A stretch of DNA of 64,000 nt from Eledone cirrhosa (taxonomy: Eukaryota), in NCBI GenBank assembly GCA_964016885.1, contig OZ024742.1, positions 53,630,001-53,694,000 of the forward strand. The letters are read 5' to 3'. Shown piece after piece: positions 33,164-49,873 of this stretch. The notes under the pieces were generated by a model. It did not search any database and was not told the DNA's origin. It saw only the letters and a list, made by a program, of their open reading frames with translations. Position 1 is the first letter of the stretch. Every line of letters begins with the position of its first letter. The translations under genes were made by a program, and so were the position numbers.

Positions 33164-36100
33164 ATCAATTGAGAGTTGGCTGTTTGAACGCGCGTGGCCT
33201 GGGCTCAGCTTGGAAGCAAGCAAAGCTTCTAAGTGACCTCAGGTCACAAAGTATAGATGTGATGGTTGTTTGCGAGAGTCGGATCAGCAGCGTGAGACAG
33301 CTGGCGCCCGCCTTCGATGACTTTGAGATGCACGCATCTCTCTGTCAACCCGGAGGCGGGGGGGGGGGGGGTTGCCGTACTGCTGGATAAACGTCTGACT
33401 CTCGACGTACAGATTGTTCACTCGGACCCGGGGGGTCGATTACTGGTGCTGGACGTCGGAGGCGGTGAAGGCGGGGCTTTCAGACTGGTCGGTCTTTATG
33501 CTCCCTTCGGGGCGGAAAGAGCCGACTTCTTCCAGCGTCTGGAGACTTTTCTAGGAACGTCGCGTTCCCTGCTTTTAGTGGGGGACTGGAATGGAATCCT
33601 AGATGCGCGTTGGGACTATGCAGGGGCATGTCCCGATAGAGGGGGGTGTAGCAGCCTCAAGGGGTTACTCGATCGATTCGACCTGGTCGATAGATTTCGA
33701 CTAGATTGTCCAACTGCGCCAACCTGGACCTGGGCAAACCGCAGTGGACAATCTAGATCGTACCTAGATAGGTTTTTAGTTAGGAGTAAGGATAGGGACG
33801 TATTTAGTTGTCCAGAACTGATCATGGTTGGCTATTCAGATCACAAATTAGTGACCTGCGTGGTCAACCTTGATAGAACGCATAGACAGGGTCCCGGTTA
33901 CTGGAAGATGAACTTGTCCTTACCGACAAAGAAAGATTACAGAAACCGGATTAGTAGCTTAGTTAAGATACGGTTGACGGGAGCGATCGTCAACAGTAGG
34001 TGGTGGATATCTCTAAAGAGAGAGATTAGAGTAAGTTCGATAGGTTACAGTAAGGAACTAGCGGCGAATAGAAATAGGAGGGAAAGGGAGTTAACAGATA
34101 AACTAGAAGAGGCGATTAGGAGCGGAGACGTAGCCAGAGTGTTAGCGACGAGAACGGCATTGAGCCAGTTCTTTGACGCGAAGCACGAAGGCTGCGTTGT
34201 CCGAAGTAAAATACGTGCTTTAGGAAACGAGGGGACCAAAGCTGTTAGCTGGGCCCGCGTGACAGAAGCCAAGAGTGGGATTAAATCCACCATTCGGTCT
34301 TTGCGAGACCAGGATGGACGGGTGATCCTTGAACCTGAGCGAATGTGCGAGACCTTTCAAAGGCACTTTGCTCGACTGTTCGGAGGTGGCGGGGGGCCGG
34401 ACGGGGATGTGGACTTCGGTCCATACCTCGACGGTCTACCGCGTCTTTCGAGCGGCGAAGCGGAGTGCTGCGAAAGGCCAATCACAGCCACTGAAATCGG
34501 GGAAGCGCTCAGCCAACGCAGCAGACGCAAATCCCCGGGTCTCGATGGTCTACCATACGAACTTTATTTAGCTATGCCGGTCTTGTTCTCCGAACTCCTC
34601 GAGGCTGTCTATTGCAACTGGCAACAGAACGGGAGAATTCCCTGTTCTGTGACCAAGGGCGTGGTCACGCTAGTGAGGAAGGACGAGAGCAAGGGGGACG
34701 ACTTAAGTAACTTTAGGCCCATAACTCTGCTGAATGCAGAGTTACAGATTTTGGCCAAGGTGTTGGCGAAGAGTTTGGCGCTTGTGGTGGGTGGTTTGGT
34801 GGGAGACGCGCAGACATGCGCTATCCCGTCCAGGTCCATTCACGACAACCTCCACCTCATGCGATACATCATAGAGAGGGTTGGCTACGAACCCGGCTTT
34901 GGTGGGGCCCTGATCAACTTGGATCAATCTAAGGCGTTCGATAGGGTCGACCATGGTTACCTGGATGCGTTGCTAGCGGCGGCGGGCTTCGGACCCGTTT
35001 TCAGGGGCTGGATTTCTGCCATGCACAGTGGCAACATCTACTCTAGGATTAAAGTAAACGGCTACCTCTCGGAGCCGTTTCAAATCACCCGATCCATCAG
35101 ACAGGGGTGCCCCCTCTCCTCCCTTCTGTACGTATTGACTCTCGAGCCACTGCTGCGGAAGTTGGAGTTGCTGCGGGGCATACCCCTGGAACCGGGATTG
35201 CACAAAGCGGTCTCGGCCTATGCCGACGACGTAACAGTAATGGTGGCGGACGCCTCGGAAATCAGGGCGATCGCCACCCTACTGGAGGAATACGAAAGGC
35301 TGACGGGGGCTAAGCTGAACCAGGACAAGTCAGTCGGTTTGCAACTCGGAACGTGGAGGGGCAAACCGATGCCGTTAGACGGTGTCGTCGGGCGGTGGAC
35401 GGAGGGCCCGGTGAAGCTGCTCGGGGTCTGGTTCGGACCGGACCTCCAGGTGGAGAAGAATTGGGGCGAGGTGACGAGCAGGGTGTTTGCGCTGACCCAG
35501 AAGTGGGCCAAGTGCAAACTATCACTGAAAGGTCGGGCGGAGGTGACGAACGCTTACATAGCGTCCGTCATCTACTACCGCCTGACCGTCGTGCCTTGCC
35601 CCAAGGAAAAGCTCACCATCATGGAACGCATGCTCTTCCAGTTCCTCTGGAAGAAGCGGCCTCCCATGGTGAGGAGATCCATCTGCTGCCAGCACCCTTC
35701 GAAAGGAGGGCTGGGTATGCCGTGGCTGTTGATGCGTAGGCACGCATTGAGGCTACGGCATCTACAGGTATTCCACAACGGTCAGCCGGTGTGGGCCCCG
35801 TTTGTGAGGCGAGCCTTCCCACAGCTCGTCTCGCTCACCGAACTGCAATCCTGGGTGAAGCAAAGACCGAGAAAACTGGGCAACTGGCACACCGAGTGTG
35901 CCCAGGCGCTCACGGCTATCTGGCAAGCGGACCCGACTGTCAGTGGAGAATCCACCTCGACATTCTATAGAGGGTTGGTGGCTAGCAGGGGCGACGACAC
36001 CCTTGGAGAGTCGCTAGGCATGGAGGAGGACGAACTGGCCAGCCTGTTCGGTAGAACTTTCGGCCCGGGACCCATGGACAACTTCCAGAGGTCCCTAGCC

Positions 36101-36601
36101 TGGCAGTGTTACCGGGGGGCTCTGCCCGTTCGAGAAAAGCTCTACAGACACGGGCGCCCGGGCAGGGATCCCGCGAAAAAGATCTGTCCCAGATGCGTGC
36201 GCGACGAGGAAACCGTTGCGCATGCACTGGTACACTGCCCGGGCGTTGCCGATCTGTGGGGCTACGTCGAACGACTGCTGTCGCGTGTGGCGCCGATTCG
36301 ATTAACCGCCGAGTCTGTGGTGAACATCAAGCCGCCTCCTCCCTTCAGAAATGAAGCAGAGGCGGTCTTTCTGTGCGTAATAGCCATGATGAAAGAGGTT
36401 GTGTGGTGGACGCGCCTGAAAGGTCTGAGGTCGGGTGACTTTCTCTCCGGCCATCACCTGGTTTACTTCTTCCGATACCACTTCGGAAGAAGAATCAGGA
36501 TGGAGAGAGAAGTGCTTGGTCCCAGACAGTTTTATGAAAGGTGGGTGAAAGAAGCGAGAATGGCCCGTGTAAATGGGCTTTCTCTCTACATTGTTCTGTA
36601 G
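33160..36601 (+). CDS. LINE ORF2p (APE endonuclease, RT, C-terminal zinc knuckle) with one frameshift in the G-run near 33358-33371
   Basis: Motifs CLNARGL, GDWN, SYLDRF, YSDH, GPGYWKMN, KSPGLDG, NFRPITLLN, LDQSKAFDRV, RQGCPLS, AYADD and CPRC..ETVAHALVHC. Confidence 0.93.
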
Positions 36602-36832
36602 GTAAAGAAGTGAAGAGGAAAGGGGGAGCGCCTCCTCTCTGGGCTTCCCCCGCGAAAAGAGTTGCACACTTTTCGGGGGTATGTGCAATCCCCAACACGC
36701 CCCCTCCCTTTTGAGGACTTTTTATTGTTATATTATTATTGTTATTCCTTTTTTCTTTACTCGATTTATGTAAACTCCCCCACTGTGTAAATGTCCCCTT
36801 CTTTTGTGCCCTCGTGGCAAATAAATAGAAAT

Positions 36833-36901
<69 letters not shown>

Positions 36902-36903
<2 letters not shown>

Positions 36904-39900
36904 GGGATGGACACGTGTTAAGCTTGCTCGGTAAGTTTGTTTAAATTTCTTTAGAAATTCGTCATCGTGAACTTTTATTTTTATACCAATTTGTAGAGGG
37001 ACTGACAGGTCAAATTTTGATCTGGTTAGTCTCCCAAAATATCGTGCCCCTCAGGGCAAAAACATCCAACATATTTTCGAAAATATTGCAAAACACTTCA
37101 ATTTTTAAAAAATGGCCGAAGCAAAGAGACCTACTTTTTTGTCAAAACAAGAAGATGGGAAGGGAAAGCCATGCCTACTTGACCAGCAGGTAGTAGCAGA
37201 CATGGACAAAGGAATGCTAACATTATCGCCTCAACATTTAGAATAGGAACACGCTTCAGTTGCTTGTAAGCAACTGAACACGCCTGACGTCACAAACGTC
37301 ACATGTATCCACACACAGAAGGAAGAATGTGTAGCAAATACTAACACCACCAAAAGCAACAATGTGTAGCAAATACTAACACCACCACAAGCAACAACAA
37401 CAACAACACAATAAATGAGAACAACAACAATACAACAAAAGGAATCAGTGGCAACACAACGAATGAGACCATCATCACCACTAACAACAACAATAACAAA
37501 ATTTCATTTGCAGCAACCGTTGCTAAGCAACAAGATTTTAAATACTACTCCATGGTCTTTTCCCAAAAGTCCCAATATTTGGAAGAAGCTTCCAACTATG
37601 TGACGTTTGAGGGAGACACCCCACACATAAACATACCCCCACAAGTAAGAGAAATGACACAGAAAAAGAAACTAATTTATAGAACAGTTGACATCATTAC
37701 CAAAAAACCCATAACGCTCCCAACAAGCACTATTGAAGCTGCATTAAAAGATATCAAGCCAGACGTGGCATACCTCCAAAGAGCTAAACAGTATGGAAGT
37801 GTGTCAATGCTCTTTAAGAGCGAAACTCTGGCACAAAAACACTCGGTTCACCCAATAAAAACGGATCAACACATCTTCTTCCCCACATACATGGGAAGAA
37901 GATCCTACAAATAAAAATAACCAGGATCCCAGCAGAGGTCAACATATGGTCGATCCTACGCTGCATGTGAAGAAGGACGAGGACACCCTCCTATCTGTAG
38001 ACAGGACAGATCGGCATAACTGGTTTGGAACCTGCATCGAGGTTCAGGTACAAATGAGGCCAGAGAGAGTTGAGAAAATACCGGACAGGATCGTCCTTGA
38101 GGAAGATGTCATCTCCATTTTAGTGGAGGGGAAAAGACCTCAGTGCCATAAGTGTGGGAAAACCACACACTTAAAGGCCTTTTGCCCTCTCTTAAACAAA
38201 CCGAGGACAAACAAGGTGTTATTACCAAAACCAAAACTCCAAACCAAACACAACACAAACACCTGCAACATCCACTCCCACACCACCACAGACCAGAGAC
38301 AACCATACACACAAAATCCCACTGAAAAACCCTCCATTGCCTCTTCCCTTCCTGTCAAATATTTCCACAAACACCTGCACAAACACTCCACCACACAACA
38401 TAGCCCTCCCATCTACCCCTGATTCAGAAGTCTCAGACACGGGAATCTCTACATATCCAAGTGAGAATGAAGAGGAACCCCAAAAATCCCAAAAACAAAA
38501 AAGACACAAAAAGGACACAAAAACATCTACAGAAAACACTTACACACCCAAACCCACCATAAACACACCGCCACAAACGACAAACACACCAACAACATAA
38601 CCAAACACTTCACCAACAAAACAAACACCCACACCACCACAATCACAAACCCCAACCACAAAAAGAAAACTACAAACAGAAACAGTACACATAAAAACAC
38701 ATTACACATACATAAAAACAAGAAACAAAGAAATGGTGGAAACTGTCCGAAAGGACCCAACAATACAAACGGAAGGGAAAACCTTCCCCACCAACGACTC
38801 ACCCCCAAACCTCAAACTTATCAGGGTAACAACCCTACAGTATGAAACTTTAAAAGAGAACTTCCCACATGATGTGGGCCCCCCTTGCCAAAAGCCCCTT
38901 AACCGTGTCCTGCTAGAAGGACCAATCTGGATATGGAGATTGAACAACCCGACCTCCAGGAAACGAAAAGGTAAGTGTTCCTGTCTTTTCTCTCCTTAAC
39001 TCTTCTTCACCAACATGGTGACTAAGCTGGATGTTTGATGTACGTGGCCTGGGCATGTCCTGGAAACAGGGCCAGCTTTTAAATGATCTCAGGTCACATT
39101 GTATAGATGTGATAACCATCACCGAGTCCAAGATTCACGACAAGCAGCAGCTAAACCCCATGTTCGATGATTTTGAGATCTACGCATCTCTCTGTCAGCC
39201 AGTAGGTGGAGGGGGAGTTGCTGTTTTGTTTCGAAAAAACTTGGATCTCAAAATACAGACGATTCACTTGGACCCGGAGGGAAGCCTGGTGGTCCTGGAC
39301 GTGAATGGTAGTGAAGGTGGAGCTTTCAGACTGGTGGCTGTATATGTCGACTGGGACATCGCGACCAGAGTTCTTCAAGCGTCTGCAGCCATTCCTGGGA
39401 ACGTCTCGCTCCTTAGTGTTAGCGGAGGACTGGAATGGCATCTTAGACGCACGTTGGGACTATGTAGGAGCTTGTGATAATGGAGTGGGGTGTAATAGCC
39501 TCAAAAATCTCAGCCAATTCCAACTGGCTGATAGATATCGACTAGACTTTCCAAGTGCACCACTGTGGACGTGGAGCAACCGCGTTGGGTCTTCTAGATC
39601 GTATTTAGATAGATTTTTAATTAGACAGAATGATAAGGAAACATTAAGCTGTCCACAAATGCACATGGTTGCCTATTCAGACCACAAACTAGTAACCTGC
39701 GTAGTCAACCTTGATAGAACACATAGACGGGGACCCGGATACTGGAAGCTAAACATGTCGCTCCCGGCGCGTAAGGCCTACAGTAAACGGATTAGCACCT
39801 TAGTTATGTGCCAGTTGACGTGGCGATCGTCAACAACAGGTAGTGGAGCTCTCTCAAGAGAGCAATTAGAATAGAATCGATAGCATTTAGCAAGGAAGTA

Positions 39901-41069
39901 GCTTTAGAAAAAACAAAACTGAAAAGGAACTGGTAGCTAAAATAGAAGAGGCACTTAGGAATGGCAGTACAGCTGACGTGCTAGCGGCGAAAACGGCACT
40001 AGACCAGTTCTTCAACGTGAAACACGAAGGTTCTATTGTCAGAAGTAGAACACGTGCTCTAAGAAATGAGGGAGCCGAAGCTGTTAGCTGGGCCCGAGTG
40101 GCAGAGGCGAAAAGTGGCAACAAATCCACAATTCGCTCTTTGCAAGACAAAGATGGACGCATTATACTTGAATCCAAGCAGATGTGCACGGCCTTCCAGC
40201 AGAATTTTGCACGAATGTTCGGGCAAAGCGGTACATCGAGCGAGGTGATGGACTTCAGCTCCTACATCGACGGCGTACCGCGGCTCTCGAGCACGGATGC
40301 AGAGAGCTGCGAAAGGCCGATTACAACGGGCGAAATAGAAGATGCCCTAGGCCGCTACGGGAAACGCAAATCACCCGGTTTAGATGGTCTACCCTATGAA
40401 TTTTACATAGGCATGCCAGACTTGTTCTCTGGCGTCCTCAAAGCGGTCTACTGCAACTGGCAGTAGAACGGGAGGGTTCCCAGTTCTGTAGGCAGAGGCG
40501 TAGTAACGCTGATCAGGAAAGATGAGAACAAGGGGGATGAGATAAGCAATTTCAGGCCCATAACTCTGTTCAACACAGAGTTAAAGATTTTGGCCAAGGT
40601 GTTAGCAGCAAGGCTGGCGCTTGTCGTTGAGAACCTGGTAGGGGATGCCTAAACGTGTGCAACCTCGACCTCATGCGATACATCATAGAGGGGTAGGGTG
40701 TAAACCTGGCTTCGGTGGGGATCTGATCAATTTAGATCAGTCTAAGGCATTTGATATGGTCGACCGTTACTGCGGAAGTTGGAGCTGTTGCAGGGCATCT
40801 CGATCGAACCAGGTCTGCGGAAAGCAGCGTCGGCCTATGCCGACCACATAACCGTAATGGTGTCGAAAACCTCGGAAATCAGGGTAATCCGCAACCTATT
40901 ACAGGAATATGAAACGTTGACAGGAACAAGACTAAACCCAAACAAGTCTGTCGGTTTGAAACTCGGCACATGGAGAGGCAAACCCATGCCTTCCGACAGT
41001 GTAGTTGGACGCTGGAAGGAAGGACCGGTGAAATTGCTCGGGGTCTGGTTCGGTCCAGACCTCCAGGTG
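36902..41069 (+). mobile_element. Degenerate, 3'-truncated Tx1/L1-clade LINE of a related subfamily
   Basis: Fragmented ORF1 (CHKCGKTTHLKAFC; DVGPPCQKPLNRVLL) and ORF2 (SYLDRF, YSDH, KSPGLDG, LDQSKAFD, AYADH) with stops, frameshifts and a deletion in RT. Begins directly after (TATC)n. Confidence 0.92.
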
Positions 41070-41162
41070 TGTGCCTTGTTTTGGGTACAGAAAGAATTTT
41101 GACTCCAGTTTTTATTGCCGGGTCAAAGGCCACTGCTCTTTTCAACAACGTCAAATAACAAC

Positions 41163-41247
<85 letters not shown>

Positions 41248-41410
41248 GATAACAAATTATAGTTATAGGTAATCCAGTTAGAGGTTGTGAATACTCCGTA
41301 TTGTGGATAGTTTTAGCGTACGACGTTGTTTGACTCAACAAAAGGTTTCCTTAAGTAGCGAGTTTGTGAGTTCTCGGGAGTTCCTATGCAAGTTAATCTT
41401 GGAGTAATAG

Positions 41411-41700
41411 TAGTGAAAGAGTGAAGAATAACATGGTCAACAGTACAAAAAGGGATTTATTTACAGTATTAACAATTGTTTCATTGATTAAGTTGTCTAA
41501 AAATTGCTAATCACTTGAAGTTGTATCACTCAAAAACAGTTTTTCTGATGATTTGGTTAAGGATGCATTGTATTTAAAATTGAGTGACACAACTTCAAGT
41601 GATTAGCAACTTTTAGACAACTTAATCAATGAAACAATTGTTAATACTGTAAATAAACCCTTTTGTAATGTTGGCCATGTTATTCTTCACTCTTTCACTA
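41411..41700. repeat. Fold-back element (arms 41411-41533 / 41580-41700) ending in (TA)n
   Basis: ~120-bp inverted arms with few mismatches. Confidence 0.88.
41536..41650 (+). ncRNA. Hammerhead-like motif with long stem II
   Basis: ACAGTTTTT-CTGATGA(41545-51)-T-TTGGTTAAG...CTTAATCAA-T-GAAA(41631-34)-CAATTG-TT-AATACTGT. Stem I is imperfect. Confidence 0.6.
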
Positions 41701-41785
41701 TATATATATAGTGGTAGAACACTGGAAGGTAATATCCGTAGTGGTAGAGCACTCAGTCCATGGGACGAGTTAGGTAGAAGCAGTT

Positions 41786-41921
41786 ACACAACAGTTAGTT
41801 CACCATACCGAGAACAATTGTTTCACCTTAGCGGATCCTCAGCTCGTAATTTGACCATTACAAGCTGAGGATCCGCTAAGGTGAAACAGTTGTTCTCGGT
41901 ATGGTGAACTAACTGTTGTGT
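41786..41921. repeat. Short near-perfect fold-back with a minimal hammerhead motif on each strand
   Basis: Arms 41786-41850 / 41857-41921. Plus strand: CTGAGGA(41865-71)-TCCGCTAAGGT-GAAA-CAGTTG-TT-CTCG. The minus-strand copy has stem I CGAG/CTCG and palindromic CAATTG. Confidence 0.8.
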
Positions 41922-41925
41922 TACC

Positions 41926-41977
<52 letters not shown>

Positions 41978-42072
41978 GGAGGGAGAGAGAGAGAGAGAGA
42001 AAGAGGGAGAGACAGAGAGAGTAAGAAATGTGTGCGTTTGGTACATGTTTATCTATCTATCTATCTCTCCAA

Positions 42073-42476
42073 CAGGGGGCTCAAACATGCGGCCCGAGAA
42101 CTACTTTTCTATGGCCCGTGGTAGAACCAATATTTCAGATTCCATTATAACTGGTGAAAATAAGGCGGTGAGCTGGTGGAATCGTTAACAACTCTGGCGA
42201 AATGCTTAGTGGTACTTCTTCCGTTTTTACGTTCTGAGTTCAAATTCCGCCGATCTCAACTTTGCCTTTCATTTTTTTGGGGTCGATAAAGTAAGTACCA
42301 GTTGTGAACTGGGATTGATGTAATCGACCGGACCCTAAACTCTAAATTTCATGCCTTGTGCCTATAGTGGAAATGATTATAACTGGTGAAAATCATCATC
42401 CACCACCACGTTGGCCCACTGTGCCTCTCCTCCAGGACGTAATGGCCCTTTTATGTCCTTCAGTTTGAGACCCCTC
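42073..42476. mobile_element. hAT/Charlie-type MITE interrupted by a SINE
   Basis: Imperfect TIRs CAGGGGGCTCAAAC / GTTTGAGACCCCTC and subterminal GGCCC motifs. Confidence 0.6.
42162..42375 (+). mobile_element. tRNA-derived SINE (5962 family) with an 18-bp target-site duplication
   Basis: TSD ATTATAACTGGTGAAAAT at 42144-42161 and 42376-42393; box B GAGTTCAAATTCC; core TTTGCCTTTCAT..GGGGTCGATAAAGTAAGTACCAG. Confidence 0.88.
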
Positions 42477-42492
42477 TTCAACACACACACAT

Positions 42493-42553
<61 letters not shown>

Positions 42554-42704
42554 TATGTATACACTTTACTTTTTCTCTGTCTCTGGACTACGCCCATCCT
42601 GGAGTATCACCTTGGTAAGTTATGGGGACGTCAACAAACCAACAAGCATTGGTGGGAGGGCAAACAGAAACGCAAAGACACACACAGACATATATACATA
42701 TATA

Positions 42705-42816
42705 CGACGCGCTTTTAGTTTCGGTCTATCAAATCCACTCACAGGGTTTTGGTCGACCCAGGCAGTGGGACTGAACCCGGAAACATGTGGTTGGGAAGCA
42801 AGCTTCTTGTCACACT

Positions 42817-42820
<4 letters not shown>
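42705..42820 (-). mobile_element. tRNA-derived SINE head fragment
   Basis: Minus strand reads GCAGTGTGACAAGAAGCTTGCTTCCCAACCACATGTTTCCGGGTTCAGTCCCACTGC...GTGAGTGGATTTGATAGAC. Confidence 0.7.
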
Positions 42821-42894
<74 letters not shown>

Positions 42895-42946
42895 AAAATT
42901 AAGATAGATTAAAAGAATTCAATCAGAATCGAAATTATGGGTGTCA

Positions 42947-43702
42947 TTCCTTAACGGAATGCGCCATATCGCCCGGAAAATAAGCTCTAGGACTTTGTAA
43001 GTACGAGCATTTTAATAACTCGGAATTGATAAACATTTCTATAAATAAATATAAACATGAAAAATCACAGGAGATAATTTTTACAAGCGTGTAACCACAC
43101 ATGGCTAGTAGCTAACAAATAAATAAAGTTCAACTAGAACTTCAAAAATATATACCTTTTAATGATTAATCTTCCCTGTATATATTTCATTAAAGAAATA
43201 TATTTCACCAATTAATCAGATGGTAAGTCACGGAAAGTGGTAATCCAATAATATCCACATTCCGTGACTTACCATCTGATTAATTGGTGAAATATATTTC
43301 TTTAATGAAATATATACAGGGAAGATTATTCATTAAAAGGTATAGATTTTTGAAGTTCTAGTTAACTTTATTTATTTGTTACCTACTAGCCATGCGTGGT
43401 TACACACTTGTAAAAATTATCTCCTATGATTTTTCATGTTTATATTTATTTATATATATGTTGATCAATTCCTAGTTATTAAAATGCTCGTACTTACAAA
43501 GACCTAGAGCTTATTTTGCGGGCGATATGGCGCATTCCGTTAAGGAAGATTAATCATTAAAAGGTATATATTTTTGAAGTTCTAGTTAACTTTATTTATT
43601 TGTTACCTACTAGCCATGCGTGGTTACACGCTTGTAAAAATTATCTCCTGTGATTTTTCATGTTTATATTTATTTATATATATGTTGATCAATTCCTAGT
43701 TA
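42947..43702. repeat. ~600-bp palindrome plus a ~160-bp direct re-duplication, ending in (TA)n
   Basis: Arms 42947-43240 / 43255-43547. Segment 43544-43702 repeats ~43320-43479. Confidence 0.9.
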
Positions 43703-43720
43703 TATATATATATATATATA

Positions 43721-44794
43721 GTAGAATAATCGAGCATCGAAAAATCGGCGCACGAGTTCACGATAAACAAAATTCGAGATGAGCGGCAGAGGGCTCTATA
43801 ATTCAAATAAATTAGAGCTATAACTATCGTTAAATACCGTCACACGTAGAATATGTCTACAATCAACCAAATAACCGATAAGTTCGATATGGAAGATTCG
43901 GGACACTCAAATAAATTATCAATAAATCAATAAATGAAATGAATGTAAAATGCATACCCGGACCCACTAGAGAGATGGAATATCTAGCTTCTTGGGTTTC
44001 TGTAAATCCTTAAACCGTCATCTATCAGCTCATATAAAAATATAAGACTTACAGATGCCGGGGGACTGGAGTTACTTTATCAACGAGCTTCGTCCGAATG
44101 GATAGAAAGACAAGACCCATGCTAAAAATACGCACATGGATTTCAGCAAGGGAGATAACCTTTATATCCGCAAAAAAATATTCGGAAAAGTGTGGCAAAA
44201 AACACATATCGAATAAGAGTGCTCAATAGACATGTTAAAATAAACAGGGGCTATTCATCATTTAATAGAATCGACAAAAAATGAACAATAAAATTAACTG
44301 GTCAATAGCTAAGTCTAGAGCTAAATATAGTAGAATAATCGAGTATCGAAAAATCGGCGCACGAGTTCACGATAAACAAAATTCGAGATGAGCGGCAGAG
44401 GGCTCTATAATTCAAATAAATTAGAGCTATAACTATCGTTAAATACCGTCACACGTAGAATATGTCTACAATCAACTAAATAACCGATAAGTTCGATATG
44501 GAAGATTCGGGACACTCAGATAAATTATCAATAAATCAATAAATGAAATGAATGTAAAATGCATACCCGGACCCACTAGAGAGATGGAATATCTAGCTTC
44601 TTGGGTTTCTGTAAATCCTTAAACCGTCATCTATCAGCTCATATAAAAATATAAGACTTACAGATGCCGGGGGACTGGAGTTACTTTATCAACGAGCTTC
44701 GTCCGAATGGATAGAAAGACAAGACCCATGCTAAAAATACGCACATGGATTTCAGCAAGGGAGATAACCTTTATATCCGCAAAAAAATATTCGG

Positions 44795-44797
<3 letters not shown>
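43721..44797. repeat. ~1.8 tandem copies of a ~609-bp unit between (TA)n tracts
   Basis: GTAGAATAATCGAG starts at 43721 and 44330, and the copies are near-identical. Confidence 0.9.
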
Positions 44798-44886
<89 letters not shown>

Positions 44887-45092
44887 TATCAAATTAACAA
44901 TGAAAATAAAAAGAACAAAGTCAAATTACTTTATAACTTTGTTTTTATTTTGTTGTTTTTATTTTTATTGTTAATTTAATACCTAATATCTGACTCTGTA
45001 TCTAAAGAATTAATTCAGCGAAACAGAACTTCTCTATGGATTTTACAAGATTACATTGAGTTCTATCCAGAGGTAGACCAGACTGAAAAAAT

Positions 45093-49668
<4,576 letters not shown>

Positions 49669-49689
49669 TATATATATATATATATATAT

Positions 49690-49809
49690 AACGAAGGAAA
49701 TGTGGTAAGGAACCAGGTGGACCATAACGCACCAAAGTACTCAATACTCATTTAGTCCAGAATTAGCCGTCGAAACGGCTTGAGCTCAGCTGTCGGGGTC
49801 TTACTGGTT

Positions 49810-49812
<3 letters not shown>
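49690..49812. repeat. Rearranged member of the 4933 family (tail inverted relative to body) in (TA)n
   Basis: ACCATAACGCACCAAAGTACTCAATACT (reverse complement of ~5077-5104) joined to AGCCGTCGAAACGGCTTGAGCTC..GTCGGGGTC. Confidence 0.75.

Positions 49813-49873
<61 letters not shown>

Larger units (their letters stand above)
31125..36833 (+). mobile_element. Apparently full-length Tx1/L1-clade LINE
   Basis: 5' UTR, ORF1 with a CCHC knuckle, ORF2 with APE-RT-CCHC, and a 3' UTR with AATAAA. (TATC)n on both flanks. Confidence 0.95.
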
